This document shows, in pieces, positions 29,372-37,727 of a stretch of 64,000 bases of DNA; position 1 is the first letter of the stretch, and each line of letters opens with the position of its first letter. The stretch lies in the IMG/VR virus record IMGVR_UViG_3300032032_000001, positions 32,001 through 96,000 of that record, one strand, 5' to 3'. The notes beneath the pieces are model-generated. The model had not been told where the DNA came from. It searched no databases and worked only from the letters and a program-made list of their open reading frames with translations. The position numbers were made by a program, and so were the translations under genes. Source of the DNA: a virus.

Positions 29372-29387
29372 CATAATTCTTATACCT
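29372..29387 (-). promoter_or_regulatory. Putative phage promoter, copy 4
   Basis: Minus strand AGGTATAAG-AATT-ATG. Hairpin GGGTA-ATAC-TGCCC (29359-29372) starts at the predicted +1 G. Confidence 0.75.
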
Positions 29388-29419
29388 AATATGGAGGCCG
29401 GGTTAGCACGGAGGATTAA

Positions 29420-32400
29420 ATGTCGAATATTCTAGATCCCCAGAGGGTGATGAAAGCCCTCGAAGACGGGACCATAGAGCAAATTAGTAGCTTCTTTCCT
29501 TTGGAAGGTAAGAAACATGCCTTGGTCGCAGACAAAATCTACTCTGGCGGGGAAGTAGACCTAGATGATATCAGTAGCCAAAAGAACGCGAGACTTAGAG
29601 GTAGGACGTGGGCGCAAGGCCTTTACGGGGACTTCTCTTTAATAAACAAAGAGACCGGTAAAACCATAGATACGGCTAAAAGACTCAAGGTCGCGAGCCT
29701 CCCAAAGATAACCCGCCGATACAGCTACATCGTAGACGGAACAGAATACCAAGTAGACAACCAGTGGCGTCTGAAGTCAGGCGTGTATACCCGAAGAAAA
29801 GCCAACGGGGAGCTTGAAAGCCAGTTTAACCTTGCCGAGGGCCGTGGATTCCGCATGGGATTTGACCCGTCTAAGCGCCGGTTTCTGGTCACTTATGGGT
29901 CCTCGAACGTGCAGCTTCTCCCGGTCCTTCAAGCGCTAGGCGTTCCTGATGATAAAATCAGGGAGGCGTGGGGTGACACCCTGTACGCACGGAGCATGGC
30001 CGACAAGAAACGCGGCGAGGTTGTAAAGCTGGCCAAAGTATTGTCACGCGGGGCAGCCCCGGCGAACGATACTGAAGCGGCAAGTATAATTAAGGAAGCT
30101 TACGCTGGTACCAAGCTGCTCCCTGACACAACCAAAATCACCCTGGGGTCAGCGTTTGACTCGGTAAATGGGGACGCTCTCCTGGCTACATCGTCTAAGT
30201 TATTAGGCGTTAATAGGGGAGAGAGGGATGTTGATAACCGAGACTCTCTACGGTTTAAGGAGCTTTGGTCAATAAATGACCATATTCCGGAACGAATTCA
30301 GAACTCTCAGCGCAGGATCAAATACAAGCTCGGAAACAATGTGGACCGGAGAGACAGCGTCAGATCTATTATCACGTCTGATATCTTCAACATCCCCATT
30401 AAGACGTTCTTTACGTCAACGAGCCTGTCGCAGCAGACATCCCAGGTTAATCCTGTGGACATGATGGGCGGGTTTCTCCGTACGACAATCATGGGGCAAG
30501 GCGGTATCGTGAGCGAAAACGCCGTGTCCGAAGACGCCAAGCTGATCGACTCTAGTTACCTAGGGTTTATTGATCCGGTACACACTCCTGAAGGAAAGAG
30601 GTCTGGCATCAGTGGCCACCTCTCTCTTGGGGTAGAGAAGCACGGCACCACGCCAAAGATACAGGTGTACGACGTTAAGGAGAAAAAGTTCGCGGCACGG
30701 AGCCCTGGAGAGCTTGTCGGGAAAGCGGTCGCGTTCCCTGATCAGTATTCTTTTAGTGGCAAAGCGCCCAAGGCTATCAGTGATCTGGTTACGGTAGTCA
30801 GGAAGGATGGAGGCGACCCTGAAAAGATCAGCCCCTCCGAAGTCGATTACATCATAAAGACCCCTAAGCAGCTGTTCTCGATAACAGCTAACCTAGTGCC
30901 GTTCCTTCCGTCGGATCAAGCCAACCGCGCCGGTATGGCCACCCGCCACTTAGAGCAGGCGATCTCATTAAAAGACCGTGAGGAGCCCTTGGTTCAGGTC
31001 ACATCCGGAAACCCTAGTGAGAAGTACAAGACCTGGGAGAAGATTGTGGGGTCTTTTACGAGCCACACAAGCCGCGTCTCCGGGACGGTTGAGACCGTCG
31101 GGAAGAACAAGATTGTGGTTCGCGGGAGCGACGGTGAGAAGCACGAGGTTCCCCTCTATGACAACTTCCCACTAAACGACAAGAAGGCCTTTATTTCAAG
31201 CACCCCAACGGTTGCAAAGGGGGACAAGGTTAAGGCCGGTCAAGCTGTGGCGGATACGAACTTCACTAAGAATGGGACGTTGGCGATGGGGACAAACCTA
31301 CGCGTCGCCTATCTACCATATAAGGGGTTAGTGTTTGAGGATGGTATCGTTATATCTGAGACCGCTTCAAATAAGCTTATCAGTGAGCACCTCCATAAAA
31401 ACAGGGCGTATGTCGAGAAATCCATGGGAGTTGGTCTGAAGAAGTTCAGGGCAAATTTCCCTGGGTACGTGACCGAGGATAACGCCGCAAAGCTCGATGA
31501 AGATGGCGTGATAAAGAAGGGTCAAAAAGTTGACCCAGGTGACGTATTAATGACAGTCCTGCAAAAGACGGAGCCCTCTAAGGAGCAGCTACTTCTTAAG
31601 GGGATCCATAAGTCACTAATAAGGCCCTACAAGAACAAGTCTGTGACTTGGGACAAACCGTATACTGGCGTCGTAACGGATGTTGTTAGGAATGGTCGCG
31701 AGATTGTTGCGTACGTCAAGACCGAGGAATCGGCAGATGTTGGCGATAAGCTTACTGGGAGACACGGTAACAAGGGTGTGATTACAGCCGTAGTTCCTGA
31801 TGAGGAAATGCCGAGGGACGCTGACGGCAACCCCGTCCAATTGATCTTAAATCCATCGGGGGTTCCTGGACGAATCAACCTGGGACAGGTTCTGGAGACC
31901 AGTCTGGGCAAGGTGGCTAAAAAGCGCGGGGAGCCTTATGCCGTTGAGAACTTTCAATCTAATGACAGCAAGAAAGTCGTTACCGTACGTGAGCATAAGC
32001 GCACCGTTAAAACTACAAGTGGTGACACTAAAGAAATCACCGTTAAAGAGCACACTAGGGAACTTGGTTACCAAGAAAGAGTTAAGCAGATTTTGGCCGA
32101 AGAGGGTGTGTCTGAGACAACTGAACTATTTGACCCCGAGACTGGAAAGAGTCTGGGAGAGGTACTGGTAGGCCAGCACTACACTCTTAAGTTAATGCAT
32201 CAGGTGGATAAGAAGCTTCGAGCAAGGGCGCATGGGTACGGGCACGACTATGATGCCAACCTCGTCCCTAAGGGCGGCGGGGAGTCCGGTGCTGCTCAGA
32301 GGTTTGGGGAACTAGGTCTATATGCAATGCTTGCACACGGCGCGACCTCAAATATACGAGAGGCACTGACCTACAAGAGCGATAAGGCGCAAGACGAAGT

Positions 32401-35400
32401 TTGGACAGCTGTGCAGACAGGGGCGATCTTACCGGCACCAAAATCCTCGTTCGCATATGAAAAGTTCCTTGCGTACATGCAGGGACTAGGCCTCAACGTG
32501 GAGAAGGAGGGCAACGGGTTAGTTGTCAGTCCTCTCACGGAAAAGCAGATTAAAGAAGCGTCTAACGGGGAGATCAAAGACGGAAGCAAGGTGATCAGAG
32601 GGAAAGACCTGAAGCCTGAAAAGGGCGGTCTTTTTGATGAGACCGTGACCGGAGGTCCCGGCGGGAAGCACTGGGCACATATGGTGCTTGGGATGTCCAT
32701 GCCCAACCCGATGTTTGAGAAGTCAGTCAGATCATTACTCGGTATCACCGGGAAGCAGTACGACGGCATTGTCGATGGCTCTCTGGGGTTTGATGAGAAC
32801 GGGGATGTTGTGCCAGCAGCCGATGGCATTCAGACGGGGCCCGAGGCATTAACGAGGGCGCTGGGTAGCATCAACGTAGATAAAGATTTAGCGAGCGCCA
32901 AGAAAGACATAAAAACAGCTCGTAGGAACAATTTGGATAAGCTGAACAAGAAGATCAAGTATCTTCTCATGCTTAAGAAAAATGGTCTTTCGCCAAAAGA
33001 GGCGTACACGACATCAGTTGTTCCGGTTCTACCCCCCGTATTCCGACCAATCACGGCTATGGAGGGCGGTGACTTAAACATCGATGGCACAAACATGCTT
33101 TACAGAGACATCGCCATCCTCAGCCAAAAGCTCAAAGAGTCCACCGGGGTCCTTCCCGAGGAAGCCATCTCCGCCCTTCGAGGCGACCTGTATGACGCTG
33201 TTGATGCGTTGATGGGGACATCCACGCCCTCTGAGTCGGCCACCATGACGGACGGGCAAGCCCGCCCACCCGGAATCCTCACCATCCTGTCCGGCAGGCA
33301 GTCGCCCAAGCAGAGCTTTTTTCATAAGCGCATCTTGGATCGAAAGCAGGACATTTCTATGCGGTCGGTGATTGTTCCCAACATGGATCTGCACTTGGAT
33401 GAAATCGGCCTTCCTAGAAAAGGGGCCATGAAAATATACAGACCATTTGTGGTGAAAGAGCTTGTTAGAATGGGGTACACGCCCCTTAGGGCGCGTGAGG
33501 AGATCGAGAAGAAAACGCCCCTTGCGGATAGAGCGCTTGAGGTTGCCGTAAAGAAGCGGCCCGTGTTCTTTAAGCGAGACCCTGTCCTGCATAAGTTTGG
33601 GATTATGGCCTTCCGCCCCAAGCTTCACGACGAATCATCTATTCATATCCACCCCCTGGTGACCGGCGGCTTTAACGCCGACTTTGACGGCGACACGATG
33701 GCTGTGTTTCTTCCTGTGTCCCAGGAGTCTATCGACGAAGCGGAAAAACTACTCCCGTCCAAGAACCTGTTTAACCCCGCCACTGGAAAGGTCATGTACC
33801 AGCCCACATTGGAGGGGCAGCTTGGACTGTTCCTGCTTACGCAGATGGGGAAGAATACCAAGAAGAGCTTTGGCTCGGAAAAGGAAGCGATAGCCTCTGC
33901 GAAAGCGGGGGACACCGCTATGTCTGACGTTGTTTCTGTTGGCGGGAAAAAGACTACGGCAGGTAGATTATTATTCAATAATGCGCTGCCCTCTAAAGTC
34001 CGTTCAGACAAGCTTCTTACTGATCCAGACATGGTTATGGGGAAGAAGAATCTCCAGGCAGTCCTTCGTGGCATTGCTACCAAGTCGCCAGCCGAGTTTC
34101 AGGTAGCGGTTGATAAGATTAAAGATCTTGGGTTTGGGCACGCTTACAATATCGGGTTCTCGTTCAACCTCGGAGACTTTGACGCGATGAGAGATCTTCG
34201 GGAAAAGAAGATGAAGGGGGCGCACGCTAAGGAGGCGGTTATCCGCAAGCAAGAGCGGATGAAGCTCATATCCCCGGAGGCCGCAGAAAAGAAGATCATA
34301 GATCTGTACACGGAGGTCACACAGGATTTATCCACAGAGGCGAAAAAGATCTTGGACAAGAAAGGCAACAAGTTGAGGACGATGGAGAAAGCTGGGGTGA
34401 AGCCCGCCTGGGCTCAGTTGCAGCAGATGCTTATTGGTCCGATGCTGTTGGAGAACGCTAAAGGGCGCGTCATCCCAGTGCCTGTTGATCGATCATACTC
34501 GGAAGGGTTGCGGTCATCCGACTATTGGGTTGCCTCCTCCGGCGCTCGAAAAGGCCTTATTGAAAAAGTCCAGTCTGTGCAAAAGCCTGGAGCTTTGAAC
34601 AAACAGCTTGCAAATACAATGATGTCGTACATCGTCACCGCAGATGACTGCGGGACAACTAAGGGCATCGCCCTAGATGCCGCTGACTCAGACCTTGTTG
34701 ATAGATTTACGGCTAAGCCTATAAGCGCTAAAGGGTTACGAGTTTCGGCCAACACCGCACTAACTCCTGCCCTAGTGTCACGGATAAAGAGCGCTAAGGT
34801 GTCTAAGATTGTCGTTAAGTCCCCTCTCAAGTGTGAGGCTAAAAAAGGGCTGTGCTCAAAGTGCTACGGGCTACAAGACAACGGACTCCCGATCTCAAAA
34901 GGTACGAATATTGGCGTTATAGCCGGTACCGCGCTGGGAGAGCGGGGGACCCAGTTGTCTATGAAAACCTTTCATACTGGTGGTGTCGCTGGCTCATCCG
35001 GCGGAGTCGTTGGTGGGATAGATCGCATTAGCCAACTACTCAAGATGCCAGCAACTCTCCCCAACGCTGCTGTTCTCTCCCCAGCAACCGCGACTGTTTC
35101 CAGTATCAAAGAAAGCCCCGTGGGTGGTTTTGATATGACAATCGGGAATGAGGATATTTACGTCCCTGCCGGGAGAACCCTGAAGGTAACTAAGGGCTCC
35201 AAGGTGAAGAAGGGGCAGCAGATTTCCAGTGGTGTAATTGACCCACGGGATCTTCTATCTAAAACCAACGTAGATACCGTACAGGCATACATCGCTGATG
35301 AGATTAATAGGGTTTATAAAGCAGAGGGCATTAAGCGCCGAAACATCGAAGTGGTGACTAAGGCGATAACTAATCTCGGCAGAGTAACTAACCCTGGCGG

Positions 35401-35689
35401 GTCTGATTTTATCAAAAATGACTACATCTCTATATCACACGCTAATGCCCTAAATAGATCTGGGAAGCTGAAGGAGCCGTTGGTGGTTGAGCCAACGCTT
35501 CGTGGAATTGAGACCCTTCCCCTAGACCAAACAACGGACTGGCTGGCAAGGCTTCAATACCGGAAGTTAAAGGAGACATTTATTAGGGCCGCCAACGAGG
35601 GCTGGGAATCTGATATACATGGAGTGCACCCAACCCCAGGCATCGCCTATTCGGCAGAGTTTGGGAAAGGTAAGGAGGGCCCCTACTGA
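29420..35689 (+). CDS. rpoBC: Two-barrel DNA-directed RNA polymerase, fused beta-beta'
   Basis: Beta motifs: HTPEG, PFLPSDQANRA, FEDGIVISE, GDKLTGRHGNKG, LNPSGVPGRINLGQ, LKLMHQVDKK, QRFGE. Beta' motifs: KPEKGGLFD, VLPPVFRP, RDPVLH, NADFDGD (33674-33694), GARKGL, DDCGT, CSKCYG, GERGTQLSMKTFHTGG. Confidence 0.97.
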   Translation: MSNILDPQRVMKALEDGTIEQISSFFPLEGKKHALVADKIYSGGEVDLDDISSQKNARLRGRTWAQGLYGDFSLINKETGKTIDTAKRLKVASLPKITRRYSYIVDGTEYQVDNQWRLKSGVYTRRKANGELESQFNLAEGRGFRMGFDPSKRRFLVTYGSSNVQLLPVLQALGVPDDKIREAWGDTLYARSMADKKRGEVVKLAKVLSRGAAPANDTEAASIIKEAYAGTKLLPDTTKITLGSAFDSVNGDALLATSSKLLGVNRGERDVDNRDSLRFKELWSINDHIPERIQNSQRRIKYKLGNNVDRRDSVRSIITSDIFNIPIKTFFTSTSLSQQTSQVNPVDMMGGFLRTTIMGQGGIVSENAVSEDAKLIDSSYLGFIDPVHTPEGKRSGISGHLSLGVEKHGTTPKIQVYDVKEKKFAARSPGELVGKAVAFPDQYSFSGKAPKAISDLVTVVRKDGGDPEKISPSEVDYIIKTPKQLFSITANLVPFLPSDQANRAGMATRHLEQAISLKDREEPLVQVTSGNPSEKYKTWEKIVGSFTSHTSRVSGTVETVGKNKIVVRGSDGEKHEVPLYDNFPLNDKKAFISSTPTVAKGDKVKAGQAVADTNFTKNGTLAMGTNLRVAYLPYKGLVFEDGIVISETASNKLISEHLHKNRAYVEKSMGVGLKKFRANFPGYVTEDNAAKLDEDGVIKKGQKVDPGDVLMTVLQKTEPSKEQLLLKGIHKSLIRPYKNKSVTWDKPYTGVVTDVVRNGREIVAYVKTEESADVGDKLTGRHGNKGVITAVVPDEEMPRDADGNPVQLILNPSGVPGRINLGQVLETSLGKVAKKRGEPYAVENFQSNDSKKVVTVREHKRTVKTTSGDTKEITVKEHTRELGYQERVKQILAEEGVSETTELFDPETGKSLGEVLVGQHYTLKLMHQVDKKLRARAHGYGHDYDANLVPKGGGESGAAQRFGELGLYAMLAHGATSNIREALTYKSDKAQDEVWTAVQTGAILPAPKSSFAYEKFLAYMQGLGLNVEKEGNGLVVSPLTEKQIKEASNGEIKDGSKVIRGKDLKPEKGGLFDETVTGGPGGKHWAHMVLGMSMPNPMFEKSVRSLLGITGKQYDGIVDGSLGFDENGDVVPAADGIQTGPEALTRALGSINVDKDLASAKKDIKTARRNNLDKLNKKIKYLLMLKKNGLSPKEAYTTSVVPVLPPVFRPITAMEGGDLNIDGTNMLYRDIAILSQKLKESTGVLPEEAISALRGDLYDAVDALMGTSTPSESATMTDGQARPPGILTILSGRQSPKQSFFHKRILDRKQDISMRSVIVPNMDLHLDEIGLPRKGAMKIYRPFVVKELVRMGYTPLRAREEIEKKTPLADRALEVAVKKRPVFFKRDPVLHKFGIMAFRPKLHDESSIHIHPLVTGGFNADFDGDTMAVFLPVSQESIDEAEKLLPSKNLFNPATGKVMYQPTLEGQLGLFLLTQMGKNTKKSFGSEKEAIASAKAGDTAMSDVVSVGGKKTTAGRLLFNNALPSKVRSDKLLTDPDMVMGKKNLQAVLRGIATKSPAEFQVAVDKIKDLGFGHAYNIGFSFNLGDFDAMRDLREKKMKGAHAKEAVIRKQERMKLISPEAAEKKIIDLYTEVTQDLSTEAKKILDKKGNKLRTMEKAGVKPAWAQLQQMLIGPMLLENAKGRVIPVPVDRSYSEGLRSSDYWVASSGARKGLIEKVQSVQKPGALNKQLANTMMSYIVTADDCGTTKGIALDAADSDLVDRFTAKPISAKGLRVSANTALTPALVSRIKSAKVSKIVVKSPLKCEAKKGLCSKCYGLQDNGLPISKGTNIGVIAGTALGERGTQLSMKTFHTGGVAGSSGGVVGGIDRISQLLKMPATLPNAAVLSPATATVSSIKESPVGGFDMTIGNEDIYVPAGRTLKVTKGSKVKKGQQISSGVIDPRDLLSKTNVDTVQAYIADEINRVYKAEGIKRRNIEVVTKAITNLGRVTNPGGSDFIKNDYISISHANALNRSGKLKEPLVVEPTLRGIETLPLDQTTDWLARLQYRKLKETFIRAANEGWESDIHGVHPTPGIAYSAEFGKGKEGPY

Positions 35690-37155
35690 TGGATGATCTA
35701 ACCAGCGCAAACCCGGAGGGGTCGTTTGAGGACTCATATACAAAAACAGGAGCCCAATCGGACGGGCCCGCAAGCATTCAGCTCGCTCAGATAACTAACG
35801 TTAACCCGGAAGAGTACACTGTCGATGTGATGACGACCTACACGCATAAGGCGTTGGTTGACCTCCCGTTCGCTTCGCCGTTATGCCACCGAGATCATCG
35901 CGGCGGCATGTACGCTATGCCGGAGAGAGACGCGTACTGTTACGTGTGCCAGTGCCAGGATGGGACATCTTTTGTCTTAGGGTTTATTAACAACCCCGTT
36001 ACCATAGTGCCTGAAGAGTACGCAGCCGTTGAGGGCTCAACAGCGGAACTGATAACGGAAACAGCAGACAAGGGACCAAGCTTTAAGGGCGCTCGTGGGC
36101 ACCTGGAGCCTGGGGATATTTTCCTGGGCACCCTGGACGGTAACAGCGTTATCGTTCGAAGGGGTGGGATGGTCCAAATCGGGTCTACGTCATTAGCGCA
36201 ACGCATCTATCTGCCGGTCGAGAACGTCATAAGAGATTACTTTCAGAGATACCAAGCAGTAAGCCCTGTAGGGGAGATCGACTGGGGGCACGCTATTTTA
36301 GTGGAGGGCGAGACGCCCACGCAACAGGGCGGGTATCTCGCTAAAGACCTAAAAGACGACAATATCCCCAGCGAGGTCTTAGAGGTCGCTGAGAAGACCC
36401 CTGTTCTTGTTAAGTACAATATTAAAGACCTGTGCCAAGAAGATGTCACTGAAGGCAAGTACACAGTTGAGCTTAGGGTTGGAAGGCTTACGGCGGAACA
36501 GCTTGATCCCGAAGAAGACCCTGAGCATGTGTTCGGTCAGGCGGACCACAAGGCGTCCTCGGACCCGAGAGTAGAAAAACCTGTCAAGGCGTCTTCTGGT
36601 GACAAGGGCATTATAAAAGAAGAAAAGGGCGTTCTAAGTTTCACGATATACCAGCATGATGATGGTGTAGATGACAAGGAACGCGTTAGGTACGTATTCC
36701 AACTTAACAGGGATGGTGATAATCTAATCTTTACGCGTGGAAATATTCACGCCGAAGTATCCCAGACCGTATATGCAAATGTCCGTGAAGGCATTAAGAT
36801 CGTGTACGGAGACAAGGGCGGTAGCAAGGAAACCAAGGAAAACAAACAGTCCATAATTGAATTATTACAGGATAATGATTTCAAGGCGTTTGTTAAGAAT
36901 ATGGTTATAGAGTGCATGGAGGGCTATCACCTAAAGTCCCCCAAAGAGGTTTACATCGAAGGAGAGGCTGAGGTGCAGCTAGGTAAAAAAGGACAAGGCG
37001 GCGCGGATCAATCGGTAGTTCTTTTGGACGATCTGGCAACTTGGCTTACCACAAGCTTTTCCTGCATGACCGCTTGGGGCCCCAGTGGACCTGTTATCAC
37101 ACCACCCACACAGTCGGACATTGCGTCAGCCAGTGTGAAGGCAAAGAAGGGGTAG
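35689..37155 (+). CDS. Baseplate central spike (gp5/gpV-like)
   Basis: N-terminal OB-fold-like AQITNVNPEEYTVDV...YAMPE, beta-rich C-terminus ending TAWGPSGP. Confidence 0.6.
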   Translation: MDDLTSANPEGSFEDSYTKTGAQSDGPASIQLAQITNVNPEEYTVDVMTTYTHKALVDLPFASPLCHRDHRGGMYAMPERDAYCYVCQCQDGTSFVLGFINNPVTIVPEEYAAVEGSTAELITETADKGPSFKGARGHLEPGDIFLGTLDGNSVIVRRGGMVQIGSTSLAQRIYLPVENVIRDYFQRYQAVSPVGEIDWGHAILVEGETPTQQGGYLAKDLKDDNIPSEVLEVAEKTPVLVKYNIKDLCQEDVTEGKYTVELRVGRLTAEQLDPEEDPEHVFGQADHKASSDPRVEKPVKASSGDKGIIKEEKGVLSFTIYQHDDGVDDKERVRYVFQLNRDGDNLIFTRGNIHAEVSQTVYANVREGIKIVYGDKGGSKETKENKQSIIELLQDNDFKAFVKNMVIECMEGYHLKSPKEVYIEGEAEVQLGKKGQGGADQSVVLLDDLATWLTTSFSCMTAWGPSGPVITPPTQSDIASASVKAKKG

Positions 37156-37159
37156 TATT

Positions 37160-37630
37160 ATGCCATTAGCTGGCGCTTTTAATGATATGAAACAAGCTAT
37201 ATTGTCCTTTGACCTGTCGCCCGGATTTCATGCCGGTAATGAGTGGGCAAAGGTAGCGGAAGCTTATTTCCAGAACGGAACCAACCCTGTCTGGGCTGAC
37301 CTAAGCGCGGGCAAGGCCCAGTTTGCCGCGACAATGGGCCAGGAGATTCCTGCTGACCCGATGCCCGCTGCTGCTATTATTTTCGCTAACGCGTGGGCGG
37401 CTTTTGCGGGAACCTGTGTAGCGAGCTGCTCACCAGGACTCCCCGGATTTATCCCGCCCATAGCGCCGCCACCAAACCCGCCCACTTTTACGTGGAGTGC
37501 TCCGGCAGACACTGTGGACGCGCAGGTGACACAACTTTTGGCAGATTTAACCACGTGGGTTAATGCTGGAACCGTGGCGGTACCGCCTCCGGGACCAGGA
37601 AGTCCTATTCCTACGCCCCCATGGACATAG
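37160..37630 (+). CDS. Pro/Ala-rich spike-associated protein
   Basis: Follows the spike gene. Function from context only. Confidence 0.55.
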   Translation: MPLAGAFNDMKQAILSFDLSPGFHAGNEWAKVAEAYFQNGTNPVWADLSAGKAQFAATMGQEIPADPMPAAAIIFANAWAAFAGTCVASCSPGLPGFIPPIAPPPNPPTFTWSAPADTVDAQVTQLLADLTTWVNAGTVAVPPPGPGSPIPTPPWT

Positions 37631-37639
37631 GAGTAGTCA

Positions 37640-37717
37640 GTGACTTCAACAACTGATAAATACGCTGTATTATTAAAACGGACTAAGAGCCAAGCAACCG
37701 TGGACTCAAAGTCGTAG
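37640..37717 (+). CDS. Possible 25-aa micro-protein
   Basis: GTG start with AGGAG RBS; (M)TSTTDKYAVLLKRTKSQATVDSKS; stop overlaps the next RBS. Confidence 0.35.
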   Translation: MTSTTDKYAVLLKRTKSQATVDSKS

Positions 37718-37727
37718 GAGTTAAATC

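Noticed and set aside
8403-29374. RTG of the promoter motif as a leaderless start codon
   Set aside because: In frame with the gene in only one of four copies, and one reads ATG-TAA. Better explained as the transcription start context.
31935-31942. GGCATAAG on the minus strand inside the RNAP gene
   Set aside because: Preceded by C rather than A/T, no RTG, intragenic.
32504-32510. Perfect AAGGAGG at the beta/beta' junction suggesting an internal start
   Set aside because: No in-frame ATG, GTG or TTG at a usable distance; it simply encodes KEG.
29420-35689. Bacterial chromosomal rpoBC locus or chimeric assembly
   Set aside because: Much shorter than a cellular fusion, no ribosomal protein genes nearby, and coupled to a phage structural gene.
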